Shown here: positions 8,773-18,371 of the stretch, in pieces
Position numbering within the stretch: position 1 is the stretch's first letter
Layout: each line of letters begins with the position of its first letter
Assembly (NCBI GenBank): GCA_965116495.1
Contig: OZ220696.1
Span: 800,001 to 864,000, forward strand
Length of the DNA: 64,000 bases
Direction: 5' to 3'
DNA from: Gammaproteobacteria bacterium
Lineage (GTDB): Bacteria; Pseudomonadota; Gammaproteobacteria; Eutrophobiales; Eutrophobiaceae
Program-made: the position numbers and the translations under genes
Notes under the pieces: model-generated
Database searches by the model: none
Told to the model about the DNA's origin: nothing
What the model saw: the letters and a program-made list of their open reading frames with translations, nothing else

Positions 8773-10506
8773 TCAGTTCTTTATAATTCTGGGCAGCATC
8801 ATCTGGTGCCTGGGGCAGATGGAACGCGGGTTCTGGTAAGCTGCTCCTGCAAAAGCCGTAAGATAATTCCTTAATTGCGTCAGGTCCACCACCTCATCGA
8901 CCAGGCCATAACGCGCACAATACTCCGGACTTGAATTTTGCCGGTATTGTTCCGCCAGGGCATTCATCTTGTCGGCAACCTCATCCAGCGGCCTGCCGGC
9001 GTCTTTTTCCTTGACCGCACGCCTCGAGTACATGGCAACGGCTGCGGTCTCACCGTGCATGACAGCTATCTCCGTAGCCGGCGTGCCCAGCGTAAACGCA
9101 TTATGCCGGTTTGCCGTCGGGCCGCCCATCAGGTAGTGAGCCGCGGCCGTCCCCTTGCGCAGAACTACCAGCATCATCGGCAAGTCGGTCTGCTGTATGG
9201 AATAGATCAGGGATTGGCCCAACCCCAGCAGTTCGGCTTTTTCAGCCAGGTCTCCGACGTCGATACCCGAGGTGTCCTGAAACCAGATAACGGGGATACG
9301 GTCACGCCCGCAGTGGGTGACGAATTCGTTCATTTTGATCAGACCCTGGCGATACAGTTTCCCTCCAATACCGGGGTAATCGCCGTATTCCGGATAACCT
9401 TTACCCAGGTAACCGGATCGATTTCCTATACATCCAATTGCAAAACCGTCAAACCTGCATAAGCCCGTGTAGACCTCGGGCCCGTAGTCCGGACGGAATT
9501 CCATGTGTTCGCCGGCGTCCACCAGGCGGGCAAGTATATCGTCAAAGGAATACACCTCTTTCTGGTTAAAAGGCAACAGGTAGTAGAGGTCGTCGGCGGG
9601 ATAGGCCGGCGCGGTGGGTTCGGCAACCTGGAAAAAATGGGGTTTGTACGCAGGCATCGCCTCCATGTATTCCCTGATACCGTCCAGCACTTCCGTCTCT
9701 TCTTCATAGACTTCCGTAAAAAATCCGGTTTCGTCATAATGGGTCTCGGCCCGGCCGGGTGGTTTGGCGCTGAAAGAGCGGGTTTTTTCCACCAGTTCCT
9801 CAAGCATCCCGGCGCTGAATCCCCCTCTTGGCGCCATGCCGGAGACGATACCGACACCGCCTACGGCCATGTTGGCGTCCTTGTGGGCGAGCAGGATAGT
9901 AGGGCTGATGCCGTGATAACCCCCACCGGCGGGGTTTGTGCCGTAAATACCGGCGAGGACCGGCACCCCCAGTTGATTCAATTCTGCATGGCGAAAAAAC
10001 GTCGTGCCTGAACCGCGCCGGTTGGCATAGAACTTTTCCTGCTCATCCAGTTTTACTCCGCTGCAGTTGACCAGCCAGATCAGCGGAATATGGAGTCGTT
10101 TGGCCAGGTCGGTAACACGCAGAATATTCTCGGACTGGCCGGGCAACCAGGCGCCGGCCAACACCTTGTTGTCAAACCCGATCACAACCGCCCAGCGGCC
10201 GGCGACCCTGGCCAGGCCGTCAACCACGTTGGTTGCCCCGGTTGCGTTGTCCATCGGGTTGTAGAGACTGTGCAACGGTCGCCAGGTGCCCGGATCGATC
10301 AGGTATTCCAGGCGTTGCCGGACTGTCATGGCGCCGCGCTTGTTGATTTGTTCCGTGGTGAAACCCGCGTTCTCGACGTCTTTCCTGTGCTGATCAATTT
10401 CCGCCTCAACCTGTTTCAACTGTTCCATGCTTGCGGACGCACGCTTGATCCGGCCTTGCTTCAGTTCCTTGCCGAATCGCTGCATGTTCTCAAAATAAGG
10501 CTTCAT
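8773..10506 (-). CDS. gcdA: Glutaconyl-CoA decarboxylase alpha (carboxyltransferase) subunit
   Basis: PYFENM N-terminus, NCSGVKLDEQEKFYANRRG, GTNPAGGGYH, QDTSGIDVG, KGTAAAHY typical of GcdA. Confidence 0.88.
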   Translation of the reverse strand: MKPYFENMQRFGKELKQGRIKRASASMEQLKQVEAEIDQHRKDVENAGFTTEQINKRGAMTVRQRLEYLIDPGTWRPLHSLYNPMDNATGATNVVDGLARVAGRWAVVIGFDNKVLAGAWLPGQSENILRVTDLAKRLHIPLIWLVNCSGVKLDEQEKFYANRRGSGTTFFRHAELNQLGVPVLAGIYGTNPAGGGYHGISPTILLAHKDANMAVGGVGIVSGMAPRGGFSAGMLEELVEKTRSFSAKPPGRAETHYDETGFFTEVYEEETEVLDGIREYMEAMPAYKPHFFQVAEPTAPAYPADDLYYLLPFNQKEVYSFDDILARLVDAGEHMEFRPDYGPEVYTGLCRFDGFAIGCIGNRSGYLGKGYPEYGDYPGIGGKLYRQGLIKMNEFVTHCGRDRIPVIWFQDTSGIDVGDLAEKAELLGLGQSLIYSIQQTDLPMMLVVLRKGTAAAHYLMGGPTANRHNAFTLGTPATEIAVMHGETAAVAMYSRRAVKEKDAGRPLDEVADKMNALAEQYRQNSSPEYCARYGLVDEVVDLTQLRNYLTAFAGAAYQNPRSICPRHQMMLPRIIKN

Positions 10507-10609
10507 CAGGCTTATTTCCTCAAAAAGAATCGAATGATGTCAAAACATAAGTGCCGGGTGAAGGCTTCACCCTTGCGGGTTGAATAGTGCAACACACTAT
10601 ACCACATCA

Positions 10610-10785
10610 CACAATTTGGGACACCCATAAATTGTGCGCTATCTGTAACGCAATCTGGGACACTCGCAAATTTATGTTGTCCTGATTTTCTAATTTATGG
10701 ATGTCCCAAATTAAGAAATATTCTAATTTATGGATGTCCCAAACTAAGAAATATTCTAATTTATGGGTGTCCCAAATTAAGAAAT
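10610..10785. repeat. REP-like hairpin array: two copies of AAT(T/C)TGGGACAC... facing three tandem 33-bp copies of the reverse motif
   Basis: TTCTAATTTATGG(A/G)TGTCCCAAA(T/C)TAAGAAAT at 10688, 10721 and 10754; inverted copies at about 10613 and 10652. Confidence 0.9.
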
Positions 10786-10899
10786 CGAACGAGGCTGATG
10801 TCATTGATTCCAATTGGTGGTTTAATCTGTGCAATAGCGGCTATAATGTACTGGCAGTCCTGTGGCTGCCATAATAATCAATCAGATGGGATATCGTTC

Positions 10900-11298
10900 A
10901 TGCAAATTGTACTACCGTCCGGCTGGCCCCGTCCTCAAGGCTATTCCAACGGGGTTGCCGCGCGCGGCAAGCTGATCTTTGTCGCAGGACAGATTGGCTG
11001 GGATAGAGATAATATCTTAATCAGCGATAACCTGGCTGAACAGGTGCGCCAGACACTGAAAAATACAATTGCCGTACTGGCCGAGGCAGGTGCGGGACCT
11101 GAACATGTAACCAGGATGACCTGGTATATCCTGGACAAACAGGAGTATCGGGCTTGCTTAAAGGAAATAGGGGAAGCCTACCGGGAAGTCATGGGCAGGA
11201 ACTACCCGGCTATGGCCATGGTGCAGGTCACTGCATTGATTGAGGACCGGGCCCGGGTGGAAATTGAAACGACTGCAGTTCTACCCGATCAATCCTGA
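10900..11298 (+). CDS. RidA/YjgF family enamine/imine deaminase
   Basis: PSGWPRPQGYSNG, FVAGQIGWD, RVEIETTA; start moved to ATG 10900. Confidence 0.9.
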   Translation: MQIVLPSGWPRPQGYSNGVAARGKLIFVAGQIGWDRDNILISDNLAEQVRQTLKNTIAVLAEAGAGPEHVTRMTWYILDKQEYRACLKEIGEAYREVMGRNYPAMAMVQVTALIEDRARVEIETTAVLPDQS

Positions 11299-11753
11299 TG
11301 AAATCCGGCAACGAATCCAAGCATTCGTTGAGGGCCTGGCTTTACCTGATCAAGTGCTCGAAAAAACTCGACCAGATCATGTCGACCCGGCTGCGTCTTT
11401 ACCATCAGAGTTCCCTGACAAGATTTGACGTACTGGCACACCTGGACCTGGCAGGTGATGCAGGTTTGAGCACTTCGGTACTGGCCGGCAAGCTGCTGGC
11501 ATCAAAGGGGAATATTACCCGCTTGCTCGACAGGATGGAGCAGGACGAACTTATCGTCAGGCACCAGCATTCCGAAGACAAGCGTATCCACAGAATTTGC
11601 TTGTCCGAAAAAGGCGCCGAGGCGTTCAACCGGATGGCGCCGGACCATGAGCGCTGGACCCATGAAATACTGAGCGTGCTTGATTCCCGTGAACAGGCCG
11701 AACTGGTCCGGTTATTGAAAACAGTCAGGTCGCGACTGGAAGATGTCCTGTAA
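11298..11753 (+). CDS. MarR family transcriptional regulator
   Basis: FDVLAHL, SKGNITRLLDRME, EDKR winged-helix motifs. Confidence 0.92.
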   Translation: MKSGNESKHSLRAWLYLIKCSKKLDQIMSTRLRLYHQSSLTRFDVLAHLDLAGDAGLSTSVLAGKLLASKGNITRLLDRMEQDELIVRHQHSEDKRIHRICLSEKGAEAFNRMAPDHERWTHEILSVLDSREQAELVRLLKTVRSRLEDVL

Positions 11754-11779
11754 GGGATTGTGTCAGCGTAGTGTTGTAC

Positions 11780-11965
11780 TTAGCTGAATAACATACGTAA
11801 GTCAAGCAACAGCAGGGCTATGACCAGTCCCAACGTCAGTCTGCTCGTTATTTTCAACTCCGCCAGTGTAACCACTATCTCAGAATTGTCATTAGCTGCT
11901 TCTTTTGCCACTTGCTCATCCGCTCCGGCTGAAATTAACGCTCGATACAAGTTTGTTCCGTTCAT
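11780..11965 (-). CDS. Small coiled-coil protein with C-terminal TM helix (DUF1640-like)
   Basis: LYRALISAGADEQVAKEAA followed by a hydrophobic tail; GGAGAG RBS before ATG 11965. Confidence 0.6.
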   Translation of the reverse strand: MNGTNLYRALISAGADEQVAKEAANDNSEIVVTLAELKITSRLTLGLVIALLLLDLRMLFS

Positions 11966-12089
11966 ATTTGACTCTCCGTAGAACATATCAAGTTTCCATT
12001 TTGTGTGTTTCTCAGGCCTGCATTGGAATCTAGTATTGAGTGGTCAGCATTGTCAAGTACTATGAAAAAAATATCAAAATGAGTGAAGT

Positions 12090-12099
12090 TTACATGTAA
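12090..12099. promoter_or_regulatory. Perfect palindrome TTACATGTAA, candidate MarR operator
   Basis: Lies 40 bp upstream of the abmA-like gene in an AT-rich promoter region. Confidence 0.4.
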
Positions 12100-12138
12100 G
12101 ATAATCCCATTTACACTCCGGTAATTGGAACTGGTTAC

Positions 12139-14523
12139 ATGAACGATTTGAAGATAGTCTGTCTCGGCGGGGGACCGGCGTCACTGTATTTCTCCCTCCT
12201 GATGAAAAAAGCGCACTCCGGGCATGATATCACCGTGCTCGAACGCGGCCCCCGTGATGCTACCTGGGGCTTCGGCGTGGTTTTTTCCGACGATACGCTG
12301 CGCGGCTTCATGGAGGCGGATGCGCCCAGCTACAAACGTATCGTCGAGCAATTCGCCTACTGGGACAAGATTGAGACCCGCATGCACGGGACTAAAGTCG
12401 TCAGCGGCGGTCACGGGTTTTGCGGCATGTCGAGACTGAAGTTGCTTAATGCCCTGCATGACCGTTGTGTTGAACTGGGCGTGCTACTGAAGTTCAACAC
12501 CGATATCACCGATCTGGCGCAACTGGATATTGACAAATACGACCTGGTAGTTGCCGGAGACGGCATCACCTCCATGCTGCGTACTGCGTACGCGACGGAA
12601 TTCGGTACCAGGATGGACTGGCGCCCAAATCGCTTCTGCTGGCTGGCAACGACTTTGCCGTTGGACAGTTTCACCTTTATTTTTCGCGAAAACGAACACG
12701 GTTGGTGGTGGGTGCATGGCTATCGTTATGAAGAGGGGATGTCCACCTGGATCGTGGAATGCAGCCAGAAAACCTGGATCAACGCCGGCATGGATTCGTT
12801 CTCCGAGGATGATACCCGAACCTATATTGAAGAAGTGTTCAGGGAAGACCTGCAGGGGCATCCCATTATAACCAACCGGTCGCTATGGCGCGAATTCCCC
12901 GTGGTGACTAACGCCAGGCTGTATTACAAAAATATTGTCCTGCTCGGGGATGCCGGGCGTTCGGCCCACTTTTCCATCGGTTCCGGCACCAAGCTGGCCA
13001 TGGAAGACGCAATTACCCTGGCAGATTTTTTTCGACAGCAGGACTACCGGGTCAACGCCACCCTGGCTGCTTACCAGGAAGTGCGAAAACCTGAGGCAGA
13101 CCGGCTGCAACGCACCGCGGTGACCAGCCTGCGCTGGTTTGAGAACATTGATCACTACGCGCAGCAGGATGTGGAGCAATTCACCTTCAACATGATGGTG
13201 CGTTCCAAACGCGTCACTTACGAGAACCTCAGGCTGCGCGATCCCGCGTTTATTCAATCCATAGACAAGTGGTTTGCCGGATATACCCATACGCTGACGG
13301 GGTTTGACGATATCGATACGGACAACCCCGCGGCGCCGATGTTCCAGCCTTTCAGGATCGGCCGTATGCGCGTCGAAAACCGGGTCCAGCTTTCCGCCAT
13401 GTGCCAATATTGTGCGACGGACGGCCTTCCCGGCGAGTGGCACTTCGTCCATTACGGCGCCAGGGGAATAGGCGGCGCGGGCCTGGTCAGTACGGAAATG
13501 CTGTGCACATCGGCAGACGGGCGGATTACCCCCGGTTGTGCCGGGATATGGAACGATGAACAAACGGAACAATGGCGCCGTATTACCGCGTTCATCCATG
13601 CCCATAGCGAGGCGAAAGTATGCGGGCAAATCGGCCATGCCGGCCGTAAGGGAGCGACCTGTATTCCCTGGCGGGGCGGGATCGATCAGCCGCTCCCGGA
13701 CAACGCCTGGGAGACTATCGCACCGTCACCTCTGCCGTACCTGGAACACAGCCGCCTGCCGCGGGAAATGTCAAGGGAGGACATGGAAGGGGTGGAAGCG
13801 GATTTCGTGAATGCGACCGGGAATGCCGCAGATGCCGGGTTCGATATGCTGGAAGTGCACATGGCGCACGGCTATTTATTGTCTTCCTTTATCAGCCCTT
13901 ACACCAACCGGCGTACTGATGAATATGGCGGGGATATCGGCAACCGCGCCCGGTTTCCGTTGCGTATCCTGCGTGCGGTACGCCAGGCATGGCCGTCGGA
14001 ACGGCCCTTATCGGTGAGAATTTCGGCAACCGACTGGATCAGCGACGGCTTGTCCGGGGAGGATTTGTCCAAACTGGTTTTACTGCTGCAGGAAAACGGC
14101 GCCGACATCATCAATGTATCGACAGGACAGGTCGTCAGCCATGAGGAACCCGTCTACGGACGTATGTACCAGGCGCCATTTGCCGATCGGATCCGCAATG
14201 AACTGGGAATTTCGACCATGGTTGCCGGCAATATCAGCAGTGCAGACCAGGTCAACACCCTGGTCGCCGCAGGGCGGACCGACCTGGTTGCCCTGGCGCG
14301 CCCGATTATGAACGAGCCTCAATTCGTATTGAATGCTGCTGCCCGTTACGGTTACCGGGAGCAGCACTGGCCAGTGCAATACGAGGCGGGAAAATTCGCG
14401 GCGGAACTGAATGCCGCCAGGGAAAACCTGGAACAGGATGAACTGAGAAGCAACGCCAAACCACCGAATCCGCAGGAAATGCTGGCCATTGCCATAGCCC
14501 GCGGTGAGGTGTTATTGGATTGA
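12139..14523 (+). CDS. abmA: Anthraniloyl-CoA monooxygenase/reductase (salicylyl-CoA 5-hydroxylase family)
   Basis: N-terminal flavin monooxygenase (GGGPA, TWGFGVVFSD, AHFSIGSGTKLAMEDA) fused to an OYE domain (EVHMAHGYLLSSF). Confidence 0.88.
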   Translation: MNDLKIVCLGGGPASLYFSLLMKKAHSGHDITVLERGPRDATWGFGVVFSDDTLRGFMEADAPSYKRIVEQFAYWDKIETRMHGTKVVSGGHGFCGMSRLKLLNALHDRCVELGVLLKFNTDITDLAQLDIDKYDLVVAGDGITSMLRTAYATEFGTRMDWRPNRFCWLATTLPLDSFTFIFRENEHGWWWVHGYRYEEGMSTWIVECSQKTWINAGMDSFSEDDTRTYIEEVFREDLQGHPIITNRSLWREFPVVTNARLYYKNIVLLGDAGRSAHFSIGSGTKLAMEDAITLADFFRQQDYRVNATLAAYQEVRKPEADRLQRTAVTSLRWFENIDHYAQQDVEQFTFNMMVRSKRVTYENLRLRDPAFIQSIDKWFAGYTHTLTGFDDIDTDNPAAPMFQPFRIGRMRVENRVQLSAMCQYCATDGLPGEWHFVHYGARGIGGAGLVSTEMLCTSADGRITPGCAGIWNDEQTEQWRRITAFIHAHSEAKVCGQIGHAGRKGATCIPWRGGIDQPLPDNAWETIAPSPLPYLEHSRLPREMSREDMEGVEADFVNATGNAADAGFDMLEVHMAHGYLLSSFISPYTNRRTDEYGGDIGNRARFPLRILRAVRQAWPSERPLSVRISATDWISDGLSGEDLSKLVLLLQENGADIINVSTGQVVSHEEPVYGRMYQAPFADRIRNELGISTMVAGNISSADQVNTLVAAGRTDLVALARPIMNEPQFVLNAAARYGYREQHWPVQYEAGKFAAELNAARENLEQDELRSNAKPPNPQEMLAIAIARGEVLLD

Positions 14524-14583
14524 ACATGCGTTATAATTTACCGGGCATGTAACGACATGAAGGACAGGGTGGGAGAATCTAAG

Positions 14584-15906
14584 ATGACAAAATACACCGA
14601 TGAACAACTGGCCGGTTTGATCAGAAAAGATTGCGTCCATAGAAACGTCTATACCGATCCTGAAATCTTTGATCTTGAGATGGAACGCATCTGGACCAAA
14701 GCCTGGATCTACGTGGGCCATGACAGTCAGGTAAAACAGCCGGGCGACTATTTCGCCACCAGTATCGGCAGGCAGCCTGTCATCATGACCCGGCACAGCG
14801 ACGGAAAGGTTTACGTTCTGTTCAACCGCTGCAGCCACAAGGGCGCCCAGGTGGTAGGTGAGAGTTGCGGCCACATGCAGCAGTTACGCTGCAGCTACCA
14901 TGGTTACGTATTCGACACCGACGGCACCTTGATACATATCCCCCGGGAAGAAGCCTACGACGGCGCCGGGTTCGGCAAAGGCAAGGCGGAATCCAATATG
15001 CAGCGGGTACCGCGGGTGGACAGTTACCACGGCCTGGTATTCGCCAGCCTGTCTGCACAAGGTCCTGATCTGAAAACCTGGTTAAGTGGCGCCGCGGCAT
15101 CCATTGATAACCTGGTGGAACGCTCACCGGAAGGGCGTATTGAAATTGCCGGGGGCTGTTTCCGTTACCTGCATGATTCCAACTGGAAGATGTTTGTGGA
15201 AAACCTGAATGACGCCATGCACCCGATGGTCGTTCACCAGTCGTCCAGCGGTACTGCCAAACGGGTATTTGATGAACGCCTGAAAGAGGGGGACCCGGTA
15301 CCGTTCGAACTTGAGATGCTGGCGCCGTTCACCAACAACTACGAGTTCTTTGAAAAGATGGGGCTCACTGCCTGGGACAACGGTCACAGTGTCACCGGAG
15401 GCAAGTTCAGTATCCATTCAGCCTATTCACCCATTCCCGGCTACATGGATTCCCTGGTCGAAAAATATGGCGAGCAGAAGGCGCGGGAAATCCTAGCGGT
15501 AAACCGCCACAACACCGTGGTCTATCCCAGCTTTACCCTGAAGGGCGCAATCACCTCGATACGCGTGGTCAAACCTGTGGCCGTAGACAGAACCGTTATC
15601 GAATCCTGGGTGTTCAGACAGGTAGGAGCGCCGGAAGAACTGTTTCGACGTTCCATCACTTACTGCAACCTCATCAATTCCCATGCCAACCTGGTAGGCC
15701 CCGATGACTACGAAGCCTATCACCGCCTGCAATATGGCCTGCAGACACAGGATGATAACGAATGGGTAAGCCAGCACCGCTACCTGGACCAGGAAGAGCT
15801 GGAGGAAAATGGGACCAAGCATGCAGCAGGGACGTCCGATATGGTCTTTCGCCACCAGTATCAGACCTGGAAAAACTATATGGTCGACACCCGGCATGCA
15901 CAATGA
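14584..15906 (+). CDS. Rieske ring-hydroxylating oxygenase alpha subunit (IadD-like)
   Basis: CSHKG...CSYHG Rieske ligands; DAMHPMVVH and DDYEA mononuclear iron ligands. Confidence 0.92.
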   Translation: MTKYTDEQLAGLIRKDCVHRNVYTDPEIFDLEMERIWTKAWIYVGHDSQVKQPGDYFATSIGRQPVIMTRHSDGKVYVLFNRCSHKGAQVVGESCGHMQQLRCSYHGYVFDTDGTLIHIPREEAYDGAGFGKGKAESNMQRVPRVDSYHGLVFASLSAQGPDLKTWLSGAAASIDNLVERSPEGRIEIAGGCFRYLHDSNWKMFVENLNDAMHPMVVHQSSSGTAKRVFDERLKEGDPVPFELEMLAPFTNNYEFFEKMGLTAWDNGHSVTGGKFSIHSAYSPIPGYMDSLVEKYGEQKAREILAVNRHNTVVYPSFTLKGAITSIRVVKPVAVDRTVIESWVFRQVGAPEELFRRSITYCNLINSHANLVGPDDYEAYHRLQYGLQTQDDNEWVSQHRYLDQEELEENGTKHAAGTSDMVFRHQYQTWKNYMVDTRHAQ

Positions 15907-16396
15907 ACAAACGGGCAACCCGCCCGACATCAAATCGATTGAGCAGTTCCTGTACCATGAAGCGCGCCTGCTGGATGAGCAACGCTGGGAAGAATGGAAC
16001 GCCCTGTACCTGGACGATGCCGAATACTGGGTACCGGCGGCACCGGACCAGCCGGATCCGCACAACCATGTCTCCCTGATCTATGAGACCGGGCTGCTCA
16101 GGGCTGTGCGTATCAAACGCTATAAACACCCGAATGCATTTTCCCTGCAGCCCAGGCCGCGCAGTGTGCACCTGATAAACAATATCATCCTGGACAAGTT
16201 TGATGCGGACAGCGGGGAGTGCAGCGTCAATTCTCGTTTTGTCATGCTGCAGTACCGCCGTGAAAAACAGGATGTATTCGCCGGGTCCTGCAATCACAGG
16301 CTGCGCATAGAGGGAGACGAATTCAGGATCGCGGGCAAGCGCGTAGACCTGCTCAACTGCGATGCGCCGCTGGAAAATATACTTATCTACCTGTAA
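15896..16396 (+). CDS. Ring-hydroxylating oxygenase beta subunit
   Basis: EQFLYHEARLLDEQRWEEW, YWVP, KRVDLLN; start moved to ATG 15896. Confidence 0.92.
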   Translation: MHNEQTGNPPDIKSIEQFLYHEARLLDEQRWEEWNALYLDDAEYWVPAAPDQPDPHNHVSLIYETGLLRAVRIKRYKHPNAFSLQPRPRSVHLINNIILDKFDADSGECSVNSRFVMLQYRREKQDVFAGSCNHRLRIEGDEFRIAGKRVDLLNCDAPLENILIYL

Positions 16397-16696
16397 ATGC
16401 CGCCAGGACGTACTAAATCCATCACCTCCGCCGCCTATCTGAAATTCGGGCACACCCACAGCGGATTGTCGCGGCGGCTGCTCATTGTGCTGATCGCCCT
16501 GGTGCTGGGGTTTGATTTTCTCTGTGTTTACGCAGCTGAATTCATGGGTGCGCCCCTGTCAGAAGGCAGTGTCGTGTCAATCGGCATCGCTATTGCACTG
16601 CTCATTATCCTGTTCATTCTTACTGCTGCCCTGTACTACGTCCGGCGGATCAATACGGCATACCTCGAAATGCATAAATCCCCGGATGAAGACTGA
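16397..16696 (+). CDS. DUF485/YjcH-like small membrane partner of ActP
   Basis: Two TM helices with YVRRIN motif, directly upstream of the actP-like gene. Confidence 0.75.
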   Translation: MPPGRTKSITSAAYLKFGHTHSGLSRRLLIVLIALVLGFDFLCVYAAEFMGAPLSEGSVVSIGIAIALLIILFILTAALYYVRRINTAYLEMHKSPDED

Positions 16697-18335
16697 ATCA
16701 TACCGTATCCGACTCCTTGTCGTACCGGCGTTGTTGTTGCTGATGGCAACAGCTCCGGTCACGGCTGGGGCAGGGGAACAGGAACTTAACTACCCCGCCA
16801 TAACCTCATTCCTACTGTTCATCATAGCTACCCTGTTTGTTACCGCCTATGCGGCCCGCCGTACCCGCTCCAGGCAGGACTTCTATGTCGCGGCTAACAC
16901 GATAGGCGGTTTACAGAACGGCATTGCGATTTCCGGCGACTACATGTCAGCCGCCTCGTTCCTCGGCCTGGTCGGCCTGCTCTTCCTCGGTGGTTTCGAC
17001 ACCATCTATTTCATCGTCAACCTGATCCTGAGTTGGGCGGTTGTGCTGATGCTTATCGCCGAAAAACTGCGCAACCTGGGGTCTTATACCTTTGCGGACG
17101 CGGTCTCCGTCAGGTTGGCGTCCAGGCCAATCCGGGTGCTGGCGGCAACGGGAACCCTGGCCGTTGCCATACCCTACCTGCTGGCACAGATGGTTGCCGC
17201 CGGCACCCTGGTTGAATCCCTGTTTGGTCTCGATTATATCCAGGGCGTGCTGATCGTCGGTGTGTTGATGACGGTTTATGTGACGTTCGGCGGCATGATC
17301 GCAACAACCTGGGTCCAGATAATCAAGGCGGTACTGCTGGTCGGCGGCGGCACCATACTTGCCGTCGGCATATTGTTTACCTTTGATTTTAACGTCAACG
17401 AACTGGCCGGCCTGGCGGTAAACAAACACCCGGAGGGACTGGCCATCATGCAACCGGGCCTGCTTTACCCGGATATCGTCACCGTCATCTCCCTGAGCCT
17501 GGCGTTTATCGGCGGCACCGCCGGATTACCCCATGTCATGATGCGCTTTTTCACTGTACCGGACGGGGTGCAGGCAAGACGTTCCGCAGCCTGGGCCATG
17601 GGCATCATCAGTTATTTCCAGTTCGTAGTACTGATTATCGGTTTAGGCGCTATCGTGTTATTGACGGACAACCCGGAATTTACCAGTGGCGGACTCGAGG
17701 TTATCGGCGGCAGCAATATGGCGGCGATCCACCTGTCCCAGGTCGTCGGCGGTAATATTTTCATGGGTTTCATCTGTGCGGTTGCGTTCGCTACCATTCT
17801 CGCCGTCGTTTCCGGGCTGATGTTATCCGCCGCAACCACCATATCCCATGACCTGTATGCCGGGGTGATCCGCAAGGGGTCATGCACCGATGCGGAAGAA
17901 TTACGCGTTTCCAGACTGACAGTGGTCATGTTAAGTATCGTCGGCATCCTGCTGGCGGTCTTGTTCAAGGGACAGAATGTCGCGGTACTCGCCACCTTGC
18001 CCCTGGTGATCGCAGCCAGCGCCAATTTTCCGGTGCTACTCCTGTTCATGTACTGGAGAGGATTTACCACCCGGGGAGCATTATTCGGCGGTTATACCGG
18101 ATTGTTACTGGCCGTCTCCCTGATTATCCTGGGCCCGACCGTATGGGTAAACGTGCTGGGCCATGAGGCACCGGTATTCCCCTATGCGTATCCGACGCTG
18201 TTTTCCATGGGCGCGTGCTTCCTGTTTGCCTGGTTTTTCTCAATTACGGATAATAGTCCGCGAGCCGCTGCTGAAGCGGATGCTTTTGACGAGCAATTGC
18301 GGCGCTCGCAGATCGGAGAACTGTCCCATGGGTAA
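16686..18335 (+). CDS. actP: Sodium:solute symporter, ActP-like
   Basis: QNGIAISGDYMSAASFLG, FGGMIATTWVQIIKA, GTAGLPHVMMRFFTV, SANFP; start moved to ATG 16686. Confidence 0.88.
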   Translation: MKTESYRIRLLVVPALLLLMATAPVTAGAGEQELNYPAITSFLLFIIATLFVTAYAARRTRSRQDFYVAANTIGGLQNGIAISGDYMSAASFLGLVGLLFLGGFDTIYFIVNLILSWAVVLMLIAEKLRNLGSYTFADAVSVRLASRPIRVLAATGTLAVAIPYLLAQMVAAGTLVESLFGLDYIQGVLIVGVLMTVYVTFGGMIATTWVQIIKAVLLVGGGTILAVGILFTFDFNVNELAGLAVNKHPEGLAIMQPGLLYPDIVTVISLSLAFIGGTAGLPHVMMRFFTVPDGVQARRSAAWAMGIISYFQFVVLIIGLGAIVLLTDNPEFTSGGLEVIGGSNMAAIHLSQVVGGNIFMGFICAVAFATILAVVSGLMLSAATTISHDLYAGVIRKGSCTDAEELRVSRLTVVMLSIVGILLAVLFKGQNVAVLATLPLVIAASANFPVLLLFMYWRGFTTRGALFGGYTGLLLAVSLIILGPTVWVNVLGHEAPVFPYAYPTLFSMGACFLFAWFFSITDNSPRAAAEADAFDEQLRRSQIGELSHG

Positions 18336-18371
18336 ACACAGGCTGCCCAGTCATACTGCCGGAAGAATTGT

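Noticed and set aside
10556-10572. Palindrome GGGTGAAGGCTTCACCC upstream of gcdA
   Set aside because: Single occurrence; cannot distinguish operator, terminator or repeat remnant.
10610-10785. Possible mini-CRISPR array
   Set aside because: Units are directly tandem with no unique spacers, occur in both orientations, and no cas genes are nearby.
10607-10834. 75-aa ORF with IWDIHKLEYF repeats
   Set aside because: It is simply the translation of the 33-bp DNA repeat, with no RBS or family resemblance.
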